Origin: Anolis carolinensis
Lineage: Eukaryota
Direction: 5' to 3'
DNA: 64,000 nt
Assembly (NCBI RefSeq): GCF_035594765.1
Contig: NW_026943824.1
Location: forward strand, 8,140,317 to 8,204,316
In this document: in pieces, positions 34,907-45,554 of the stretch
Layout of the letters: the number at the start of each line of letters is the position of its first letter
Position numbering within the stretch: position 1 is the first letter of the stretch
Position numbers and translations under genes: made by a program
Notes under the pieces: model-generated
The model's database searches: none
Told to the model about the DNA's origin: nothing
Seen by the model: the letters and a program-made list of their open reading frames with translations, nothing else

Positions 34907-37900
34907 TCAGCGGAGGCTGCGGTACCGCATCCGGAGGAAGTGATCCCGAACTTCCTGTTTTGTCATCTGGGCCAGGGGGCCGAGCCTCAGCACCCTGCCT
35001 GTGGTCACGTCTTCCTTCAGCCGCCGCTTCGAGAGCACAACCGTCCCGTCGGACGTGCCGCTCACATCGGGGCCCGTCATCAGCACGTAGCAGGCGTGGC
35101 GGCTCTTCTCAAAGAGGGCCCCTGGGGGCAAAGGGGTGAAAGGGGTCAGGCTGGTGGTGGGGGAAAGGAGGGGCCAGGGTACAAGGAGGGGGCCTTACCC
35201 TCAAAGACAACTACGGGCTCAGTGTTGTTAGTCATCTCCATGAGGATATTGGGGAGGGATGGGTGGAAGAGGTACAGGTGCGGTGTCGGCTGTGAGGCAT
35301 TGCCTGGAGAGGCCTGGAAACCAGAGACAGAGCTCAGCCAGTGACCTCCAGGAGCTGCCCACCCGGAATGGACGCTTCTGAAAGCCACGGGGAAGACTTA
35401 TACCAGGCATGGACAAATGGGGCTCTCCAGATGTTTTGGACTTCAACCGACAATTCCGAACAACTTAAGCTGCTGAGGGGGGAAATGAAGAGGCATGAGG
35501 ATGTTAAGAATTGTGAGTTGAAGTTCGAAACCCCTGAGGGCCCAAGTTTCTTCATGCCTGTCTTATACCATTGCAAAATGACCACCTAGGAAGCAACTGC
35601 TCTGCCCCAGTCCCTGTCCAACAGCCCTTGCTATACTCACCGTCTCTGTGGTGTCTTCTGGGTACTGGCCCCAGAAGAGGAAGACGGAAAGATGGTCGGC
35701 TGTTGGGAGGGTGGCTGCCTGCGGCAGGGCTGTCGCTGGCTGCAGCAGCTCCACCTCCCAGTCGATGTCTCCTGTCTCGCCCTCCACGATCATCACCTGT
35801 GGACAGAGTGTCACGGGTCTCCCAGCAGCCTCTGCCCCCTCAACTGTGCCCCTCAGCTCTGGCCCAGCGAGGCTTCTCAGCATCCAACTTTGTGCTTGAA
35901 TGTAACCGTAGCCTTGCACCAGGGAAAACACCACCGTTCTTTTCACGACACATTTGCAAGGCTACCCGCAGCCGGCTCAAGGGTCACCCACGCCTCCCTG
36001 GCCCCCTGAAGGCACCCTGCAAACCTTTTTCTTTGTGGGGGAGACTTGGTTTTCGATGATCATGTCAAGGTCGTCAAGATCGTAGGACCCAACAACAGGA
36101 TCCCTGCAAAAGGGGCACAAGGTGGTTTCAAAATGCACCCTGGCCCTCTTTGCCAAAAGGGCCCCAGTCCACATTGTGGGTGGAAGGAGCTTTGGGGTGC
36201 CAACAACCCCAGGCAAGGAGTATGGGCCCCCTCCTCCTTATTAATTTATTACTCATTTATTCACTATATTTTTACCTTGCTCTTCTCACCCCCAAAGGGA
36301 CTCAGAGCGGTCTACACACATTGTAGGTACACAGTGTAGAAATATAATACAATGCAAATCCAAGCACATTTAACATAAAATACAAGACAAAAATCACACA
36401 AAGCACAATAACGTCCAGAAATGAGATGCAGATAAATACTAAGCATTAAAAACATTTAAAACCAATTACAATTATTGTGGTGACTCAATTAAATAGTATA
36501 TTTCGCTAAGGTCAGTCATCAATGTTAAACATGAGCCAGCGAGAAAATTAAGAGAGGTTTCCATAGATTAAAAATTAAATAAATAAATTTTAAAATGTGC
36601 GTCTCCTCAGAGGGCCATCTGGCTGAGCCCAGGCCAGGCCTGAGGACCAAGGCTAAGACTGGGCCCGCTGCCTCCTTCAGCCACTAGTTGGACGACAGCG
36701 TTACCTCAGGAGGTGGGGCATGTCTATGACCCAGACAGAGCCCAGATGCTTCCCGTCCACCATCTCCAGTGTGGAGGAACCCCTCGCTAAAAAGTTGCTG
36801 CCGGGCTTCTCCTCCATCTTGGTCAGAGAGCGGATCCCTCCCAAGCTAGAGGAAGAGGAGGAAACGCTAGGAAAAGGAAGCCTTGGCCGAGGGGGGGGGG
36901 GGGGCGGGGGGGGCAGCCCCTTCTCTTTTACCTGCGGAGGGCGACCCTGTGGGTGATGTCATCAATGGCCACTTCCCAGCGCAAGTCCTCTTTTAGGTTG
37001 ATGCTCGGGTAGGCGGGCAGTGGGACAGACATGCGCCAGAGCTGCTGCATGGAGTAGCTGAAGAGGCCTTTCTCTGAGCAAGAGAAGGGGAAGGCTGGGT
37101 GAGGAGGGGAGGGCTTTTGGGGAGGGGGAACCTCTTTTCCTTCCTGCAGACCCACCTGTATGGAAGAGCACGTAGGTGGCTCCACTGGATGTGACCTGCA
37201 AGAGATGGCCCAGGCAGTATGGTAGCGGCAAGTGGGCTGTGGCCCCGATCTGGGTGCCATCTGAACCAGCATAGAAGGAGCTCCTCAGCTGCGGAGGAAA
37301 AGGGAGACAGAGGGGGAGAGAAAGCACAGGTCTGTGAGGCTCTATGCCTGCGAAACGTGGACGGTCTACAGACGTCACACTCAACTCCTGGAGCATTTCC
37401 ATCAGCTTTGTCTCAGAAAAATCCTGCAAATATCTTGGGAAGACAGGTGGACAAATGTCAGCATGCTTGAGGAAGCAAAGAACACCAGCATTGAAGTGAT
37501 GCTCCTACGCCATCAACTCCGCTGGACTGGCAACGTTGTCCGAATGCCCAATCACCGTCTTCCAAAGCAGCTACTCTACTCCGAACTCAAGAACGGGAAA
37601 TGTAATTTTGGTGGGCAGGAAAAGAGATTTAAAGATGGGCTTAAAGCCAACCTTAAAAACTGTGGCATAGACACTGAGAACTGGGAAGCCCTGGCCCTTG
37701 AGCGCTCTAATTGGAGGTCAGCTGTGACCAGCAGTGCTGAGTTCGAAGAGGCACGAATTGGAGGGCTTAAGGGAGAAACGTGCCAAGAGGAAGGCCCATC
37801 AAGCCAACCCTGACCGGGATCGCTTTCCACCTGGAAACCGATGTCCTCACTGCGGGAGAACATGCAGATCAAGAATAGGTCTCTTCAGCCATCTACGGAC

Positions 37901-39889
37901 ACACCCCCAAGACGGAAGACAATCATCCTCAAACTATGAGCGATCGCCTAAGTAAGTAAGTAAGTGTGAGGAAGCAGAGTGTGCCGGTGCCCCCTTCTGG
38001 CATGACTCTTCCCTCAGGGGTGGCCTGCTTTGGAGCCTCTTCCCCTCACAATCCATGGAGGATTCCTGCCCAGCTGCCAGGGTTTGCCACTGTGGTGGTC
38101 AGTGGTTCACTGACAGGCAGGAGACTAGCTCAAGGGCCTTGCAACAAGACTCACCTGCTGTCCCACCTTGGCGAAGACCAAGATATCCTCTAAGCCATCC
38201 CTGCTGATGTCAGGGACCTTGTACATGGGGCCCAGTACCGAGGCGTTGGCTCCGAAATGGGCTGCCACCCGCCACAGCGTCTCCCCTGCGGAAGAGCACA
38301 GCGACAGCCCTTTGAGATTCGAGGCCTGGAGGAGCAGCTTTGGTGCCATCCCAGCCCAGTGGCTTTGAGGGGAGGGGCCCCCTACCTGTCTGCAAGTCCA
38401 GGGCTGCCAGGAAGTCGGGCCTTCCCAGGAGGATGCAGGCGGGGCCCCCACTGTGCTCCCAGGAGCAGTCCAGCAGCAGCAGCTCCTCCGCCACCGGCTG
38501 GGCCCAGAGAAGGCTCCCGTTGTTGCCAGAATGCGCCGCTAGGATGGCACAGGGGGAGGGCAGCCCTGATGGGAGGAAGGCAGACAGGGAAAGAAAAGAG
38601 GGAGGAAAGGGGGTCAGCCACTATTGGGGTTTGAACACAAATCAAGGAAGATGCCTAGTTTCCAATATCCCTCACAACCTCTAAAGATGTGTGCCATAGA
38701 TGTGGGCGAAACGTGAGGAGAGAATGTACCTGCAACATAGCCATACAGCCCGGAAAACCAACAGCACCCCAAAAAGGACATATACTTCAGAATATAAAAT
38801 GACACAATAATAAAAGATTATTACAAAAAGGCAAACATCACATAGGAGGCTTGAGAAGGTTACTTCCTTCAACAATACAAAGAAAGGATTCCCTGAAATG
38901 CACAGGCAAGAGGCCACTACAGCTAGAAATGTAAACCAAATGTATGCACTATACAACAGTAATTAAACCAAAATATAATCCATGTGTTACCAATACATAT
39001 ACATTCATAGAAAGTAAAACTCTATATTCAGAGAAAGTAAAACTCTTATATTCTTATAAATTTGGACTCACAATTAGAGATTGATACAGTCCTCCATGTG
39101 GAACATGAACTCTGGTGGGCATTGGACTCACAAACTCTGAATATAAGAGTTTTACTTTCTCTGAATATAGAGTTTTAGTTTCTATGAATGTATATGTGTT
39201 GGTAATACATGGATTATATTTTGGTTTAATTACTATTGTATAGTGCATACTTTTGGTTTACATTTCTAGCTGTAGTGGCCTCTTGCCTATACTTCCTTCA
39301 ACAACCACGCAGGGCTTACCCCCACTCACCTGCCCCCCTTCCTCCTCGCTCCCTCCTCCCTCCCTGAAGCCTCTTCCTCACCAGCTCCTGAGCAGCGCAC
39401 TGCTCCTCCTCCCCCGAGGCTACTGTTGGTGCTGCTGCTGCTGTTGAGCTCCGTGGTCCGGAAGGCGACCAGGACATCTTTCACCCGGTCCTCATCCACA
39501 TCAGCCAATGCCAGGAGCGGGAAGGCAGCTGCAGAAGAAAGGCAGGTGGGGTGGCTATTAGGGAAGAAAATTGGATGAAGGACTGGACCTGCCATGGTCA
39601 AACCACCAGGGCATAGAATGCAAACCGGCATTGTCCATAGATGCCTTCAAGGTCATGTGGCCGGTGTCACTGCATGGAGTGCAGTTACCTTCCTGCCAGA
39701 GTGGTACCTATTGATCTACTGGCCATGCTTTTATTGTGTGATGCTGTGATTTTATAGTTCAGATGTATTAATGTATTTGTAATTGGAATGTATTTTATAT
39801 TGTTGTATTTTATTGTATATTGCTGAGCTTGGTCCCCATGTAAGCCGCCCTGAGTTCCCTTGGGAGATGGGGCGGGATACAAGAATAAA

Positions 39890-39939
<50 letters not shown>

Positions 39940-41324
39940 CATTTGCATGTTTTTGAACTGCTAGGTTGGCAGAAGCTGGGGCTAACAGCGGGAGCTCACA
40001 TTTGAACTGCCGATCTTTTGGTCAGCAAGTTCAGCAGCTGAGCGGTTTAACCCACTGCACCATCGGGGGCTCCGTGAAGACCAAACACATACTGAATACA
40101 AAACGGAGTCCTTAGTCGGAACATGCTCAGTACAATTAAAAGTCTATAACTCCTCCCACACCAAAGAAGTCAGTCAAACTGGCAAATCAACTTACACATA
40201 GAATACAGGCAAATGTATACATTAACAAATAAATAGTGAAAGGCTTGAGAGGTTGCTATTTGCAACATTAAAAGTTTTATGACTGCCTTGTTGGAGACTA
40301 GCCAGGAGGGGAGATAAAGGAGAGAATTCCAAGAGAGCAATAAAACAAGCCTTTTATTGTTATCACAGCTAATGATAAGGCAAAACAGCCATAGGTACCC
40401 ACTTTAGTGGGTCCGTACCATGCAAATGGCCGCCACAACATGCGCATAACAAACAAAGAATTTATATCTCGGCTTATCTAAAATTGACCAATGGCTGAGG
40501 GTCTTCCTCACTTTCCACACCTACTTGGCACAAGTGACACCAATGACCTAACTTGTTTACTCTGAGCTTTCTTCTCCCTTTGGAACTTCCTGGAGAAAGG
40601 CACCAGCTCACAAGAAGGGAGGGGCATATGCACAGGCAAAGCTACATATTTACTATTTTTCTGGCTTATGGTCCCTACAGCCTAACACGAATTTTTGTCA
40701 AAAGTTTTATAACTGCCTTTGCACTGTGACATCTTTCACATTTAAGCATCAACACCAACAGATATTTCTAACGGTCATCCTGTTTAAAAGCCTGAACATT
40801 CTAAACTGTCACTGAGCCGTCATGTGTCCTACAGCCTTCCCACTGCTTTAGGTATATAGAGACAACGTAACTGCAAACTAAATAGACATAAACTTCGGGA
40901 TATAAATGGACATACTAAGGAAATACAGTAGAGTCTCACTTATCCAAGACTCGCTTATCCAAGGTTCTGGATTATCCAACACATTTTTGTAGTCAATGTT
41001 TTCAATATATTATGATATTTTGGTGCTAAATTCGTAAATACAGTAATTACAACATAACATTACTGCATATTGAACTACTTTTTCTGTTAAATTTGTTGTA
41101 TAACATGATGTTTTGGTGCTTTTTAAAAACATAACCTAATTTGATGTTTAATAGGCTTTTCCTTAATTCCGCCTTATTATCCAAGATATTCACTTATCCA
41201 AGGTTCTGCCGGTCCGTTTAGCTTAGATAAATGAGACTCTGCAGGGGTCCCCAAACTTTTTAAACAGGGGGCCAGTTCATGATTCCTCAAACCATTGGAG
41301 GGCCGAACTATAGTTGGCCACTGA

Positions 41325-41386
<62 letters not shown>

Positions 41387-44097
41387 GGTTAGAAGAGACC
41401 CTTTGGGCCATTTAGTCCAACCCCTTTAGCCTTTTTGCACCAAAAGCACAAGCAAAGCACCCCTGACAGTGGCCTCCCAGCCTCAATGTTAATAATAATA
41501 ATAATAAAGAGGGCTGGAAGAGAAGAAAAGACCCCTTAGGCCATTTAGCCCAACCCCCTTCTGCCTTTGTGCCATGGGGGCCGGATAAATGCCTTCGATG
41601 GGCTACATGTGGCCCACGGGCCATAGTTTGGAGACCCCTGATCTACTGTATTTCTAACTGTCATCCTGTTTAAAAGTCTGAATATTCTAAACTGTCTAAA
41701 TATTCTAAACGGTTCTAAACTGAACCGTCACGTGACCTACAGCCTTCCCACTGCTTTAGGTAGGAGACAACATAACTGCAAACTAAATAGTCTCACTTAT
41801 CCAACATTCGCTTATCTAATGTTCTGGATTATCCAACGCAGTCTGTCTTCCACAGCTGTTTCTCTAGGCAGCAAGGACTGAACTTTTTGCACATTTAATT
41901 TCCGACAATGTTGTTACTGTAAGTTCATCTTATGCAATTCTATCTTTATTTGTAGTCAATTTGTTAGTAGTCATTGTTTTTGTAGTAAATGTTTTCAATA
42001 CATTGTGATGTTTCGTGCTAAATTCGTAAATACAGTAAATACTACACAACGTTACCATGTATTGACCTGCTTTTTCTGTCAATTTGTTGTTAAACATGAT
42101 GTTTTGGTGCTTAATTTGTAAAATCATAACATAATTTGATGTTTAATAGGTGTTTCCTTAATCCCTCCTTATTATTCAACATATTCGCTTATCCAACATT
42201 CTGCCGGACCTTTTATGTTGGATAAGTGAGACTCTACTGTAGACATAAACTTCGGGATATAAATGGACATACTAAAGTGTAAAGAAGTATGAATTTTAAT
42301 TTACAGATGCCATGTTTAACTGTGTTTTAAAAAGGGTTAATATTTCAGTTACTCATGAGTTGGTTGCCATGGAGACGGGGCGGAGCCAACCGGGTTAGCT
42401 GAAGAGAGAGCAGAATTTGGAGGGAAAGTCAAGTCAGTCTGTAATGGGGGGGGGGGGTTTACAGGGAAGATTGATCCTGGTTGAAGGGATCAAGAGAGAC
42501 TTAATTGGTCATTTTGAGTCAGTGTGTCTGTGGTCAGCGAACCACAGGGAAGTGTGGGCTTTGTTGAAGCTCAAGGAAGGCTGATCCCAAGTTAGGGGAT
42601 CAGGGATAAAATAAGTTTGGTGACTTATTTTAACGTAGTCTGTTTCCTGACTAGGAACAGATAGTCTGTGATTGAAGTGGAGTTTTAAGAAGTTTGAAAC
42701 ACCTCATTCTGTTATTGCAATTGTTAAGGAACGTGCCTCAAACAAGAAGAAAAGTTATTGTAACCATCAAGCTTGTGCCTAAATAAATGTTATTATTCCT
42801 TCAAACATCTTAGTCTCTGTCATACATACACACATCAAGAATAAACAAAAGGAAGAAAGAAAAATAAAAGTCTCCTCTCTAAGTAGCCAGTGGCTGAATC
42901 TTCCAATATTGGTGGCAAGAGTTGATAATCCCCTTCATATCTGGTGGCCGCATTATAAACATCTTTACCTCTGGTGGCAGCGTTTAAACAAGACATCTTT
43001 AATAACTGGTGGCAGTAGATATAGTTATATATATAATACTAGCTGTGCCCGGCCACGCGTTGCTGTGGCGAAGTCTGGTGGTATGGGAAATAAAGTATTG
43101 AGGAATTGGTGGTAGTTAAGGTAAAGGGTAAAGGTTTTCCCCTGACATTAAGTCCATTATAAATGGGTTATATAGCTGTGTGGAAGGGCCTTGAGTCTAC
43201 ACTGCCATATAATCCAGTTAAAATCAGATAATCTGTATTTTATAGGCAGTGTGGAAGAGGCCTAAGTGAGGCCTAATTCTGCCTGTCCCCTGGGCTGTGG
43301 GTTGCTAGGAGACCAAGTGGGCAGAGCTTAGCCTTCTAACTGGCAGCAATTGGATAAAAACAATTATTCCTCTCCCTCTCATTAGGGCTTTATATTTCTT
43401 TTCTTTTTGTTGTATGAACGTAGAGGCATGGATGAGGGGTTGTGCTCCCAAGTTTAGTGTTTCTGGGATGTGTAGTTTTGTTGTTTTGTCCTAGGCCGAA
43501 ATTTCATTATCCTTTTATATATATAGATAATTTAATAAAAACATCATCCTTCTCCACATCTTCACAAATTGGTGGCAGTGGTGGGATTTAAAAAAGATTC
43601 CCCTCTGCCTAGAAGAGTCTCAGTCATTATTAGATGACAGTTGTTCTGACATCTTTACAATTGGTGGCAGCGGTGGGATTTCAAAAAGATTCCCCCCTGC
43701 CTGAATTCTCCACAAAAGGAAATATTACGAAGCCGATAAACATGACACAGAGGAGGCTTGAGAGGGTTGCTTCCTCCCACAGGCGGTGAGTTCCCAGGGC
43801 CCCTCTCCCCGTTCTTGACCCACCGGCCTGTTCGTAGCTCCGGCTCCAGGCGTGGGCGGGGCGAGGCTTGACGGGGCAGGGGATGACGAAGGAGAAGGCG
43901 AAGACCCCCACCAGGCAGAGCGCGAGCGAGAGGAAGAAGGCCCCCGCCCGCCACCGCGACAGCCGCTCCTCCCGCTTCCTCCGCGGCGAAGCTGGCACGG
44001 GCCCTGTCACCGCGCAGTTGCCCGCCGCCTCCACCGCCGCCTCCTCGCGCTTCAGCGGCCGGGCCTCCGCCTCCATGGGGCCTCCTCCGCCCTCCAT
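34907..44097 (-). CDS. FAM234A: FAM234A (ITFG3), type II membrane beta-propeller protein, ~570 aa, 11 coding exons
   Basis: Exons (minus strand) 44097-43824, 39528-39382, 38565-38386, 38285-38155, 37288-37156, 37073-36932, 36845-36705, 36103-36025, 35796-35641, 35313-35199, 35121-34907. Peptides RLSRWRAGAFFLSLALCLVGVFAFSFVIPCP, LPTADHLSVFLFWG, LYLFHPSLP, LFEKSRHACYVLMTGP. Convergent with RGS11 as in human. Confidence 0.93.
37340..37964 (+). mobile_element. 5'-truncated RTE-clade LINE
   Basis: LYACETWTVYRRH...LRWTGNVVRMPNHRLPKQLLYSEL, a C-terminal CPHCGRTCRSRIGLFSHLRTH finger, a (TAAG)n tail, and a TGTGAGG target-site duplication (37333-37339 / 37965-37971). One frameshift near 37765. Confidence 0.88.
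38904..39288. repeat. Long inverted repeat (150-bp arms, 85-bp loop) flanked by a 15-bp direct repeat
   Basis: 38904-39053 is the near-perfect reverse complement of 39139-39288. TACTTCCTTCAACAA occurs at 38861-38875 and 39290-39304. Confidence 0.9.
39630..40075 (-). mobile_element. Sauria-type SINE interrupted by an L2-tail element and a (TTA)n run (39892-39936)
   Basis: SINE halves at ~39630-39720 and ~39937-40075. Confidence 0.65.
40289..40687 (-). mobile_element. Possible solo LTR
   Basis: TGTT...AACA ends and a minus-strand AATAAA. The flanking AAAAGTTTTAT(G/A)ACTGCCTT is duplicated on both sides. Confidence 0.35.
40925..41648. mobile_element. Tc1/mariner MITE with a hAT element (41242-41640) nested in its right TIR
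   Basis: Left TIR at 40925. CAGGGGTCCCCAAACT...AGTTTGGAGACCCCTG splits the right TIR (GAGACTCT / CTACTGTA). The hAT contains (TAA)n at 41326-41383. Confidence 0.75.
41790..42239. mobile_element. Tc1/mariner MITE
   Basis: GTCTCACTTATCCAA...TTGGATAAGTGAGACTCTACTG followed by TA. Confidence 0.75.
42278..43700 (+). mobile_element. LTR-retrotransposon LTR with stacked tRNA-Leu primer-binding sites, interrupted by a Helitron
   Basis: Starts TGTAAAGAAGT, the inverted match to the repeated ACATCTTTACA ends. TGGTGGCAGCGGTGGGATT at 43662-43680 is complementary to the tRNA-Leu 3' end including CCA. Confidence 0.65.
43039..43527 (-). mobile_element. Non-autonomous Helitron
   Basis: Reverse-orientation TC...CTAG element homologous to 44916-45371. 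Confidence 0.75.
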
Positions 44098-44188
44098 CGA
44101 GACAACACGGAGAGAAGACGGAAGTGAGGCGCCGCCGGAAGAGGCGGCAACGTCACACACACGCGCCGGAAGTCACTGTCTAATAGCC
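44098..44188. promoter_or_regulatory. Bidirectional CpG-island promoter shared by FAM234A and TRAP1
   Basis: 91 bp between the divergent ATGs, with three ETS/GABP-type CGGAAG motifs (44119-44126, 44135-44141, 44166-44173). Confidence 0.8.
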
Positions 44189-45509
44189 ATGGCGCGGGTC
44201 AAGGAGGCACGGCTGCTTCTGCGGATGCTCCTTGCGGCGCCGCGCGGCGGGAAGAGAGGCCCCTGGAGCCCACCGCCCCTCCGCCTCCCTCTTTGCCCGC
44301 GAGCCCCCGCTTGGGCCTGGGCGCGCGGATGCAGCACCACCAGCGTTGGCGGCAGAGCGGCCCACAGCCCGGAAAAGGAGGAGGAGGAGGAGCAGCAACA
44401 GCCCCTTCACCGGTTGCATGGCCGTCCTCAGAGCCTCCCAGGTGGGACCCCCTCCGCCCCGGATCATAATAATAATAATCTATTTTTATTTTATTTTGAA
44501 TAAATTTTTATTTTTAAAAACACAAAAAATACATACCGTAGACATACAAAACATTTACAATTCCCACCACCAACACGAGGATTGTTTTCTTTTTACATAT
44601 TCGTTTCTTTATGAGACAATTTTTATATCTTTATCTTAATCCATTTCCAACCTATATACTATATAACATTTGTATCTTATTTCTTATGGCTTGATCTCCA
44701 GATTGATTCATGATATAGTTCTTTACCATTGTCCATCTTTCTTCCATTTCTCTTGTTCTATTTTCATTAGTTTTTACAACATTTAGTTTCACATTCATAA
44801 TTTCAAATTCCATTTGCTCCACCATATATTGGTACCATTTATTTACTGTCCATTTTGATTTATCTTTCCACCCTAATATTATTACTGCTTGGGCACATTC
44901 AATTAATAATAATAATCTATTTATATAAAAGGATAACGGAATTTCGGCCTAGGACAAAACAACAAAACTACACATCCCAGAAACACTAAATTTGGCAGCA
45001 CAACGCCTCATCCATGCCTCTACGTTCATACAACAAAAAGAAAAGAAAAAGAAAGTCCTAATTAGAGGGAGAGGAATAATAGTTTTTATCCAATTGCTAC
45101 CAGTTAGAAGGCTACGCTCCGCCCACTTGGTCTCCTAGCAACCCACTCAGCCCAGGGGACAGGCAGAGTTAGGCCTCACTTAGGACTCTTCCACACTGCC
45201 TATAAGATACAGATTATCTGACTTTAACTGGACTATATGGCAATGTAGATTCAAGGCCCTTCCACACAGCTATATAACCCATTTATAATCTTATTTTATC
45301 TGCTGGATTATCTTGACTATTTACCATACCACCATATTTCGCCACAGCAACGCATGGCCGGGCACAGCTAGTAATAATAATAATAATAATCTGGGATCTG
45401 CACGCATCATCCGAAAATACATCACACAGTCCTAGACACTTGGGAAGTGTTCGACTTGTGATTTTGTGATACAAAATCCAGCATATCTATCTTGTTTGCT
45501 GTGTCATAA

Positions 45510-45554
<45 letters not shown>

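Noticed and set aside
42898-43700. CRISPR-like repeat-spacer array
   Set aside because: The DNA is vertebrate with no cas genes, and the repeat is explained by an LTR end plus a tRNA-Leu primer-binding site.
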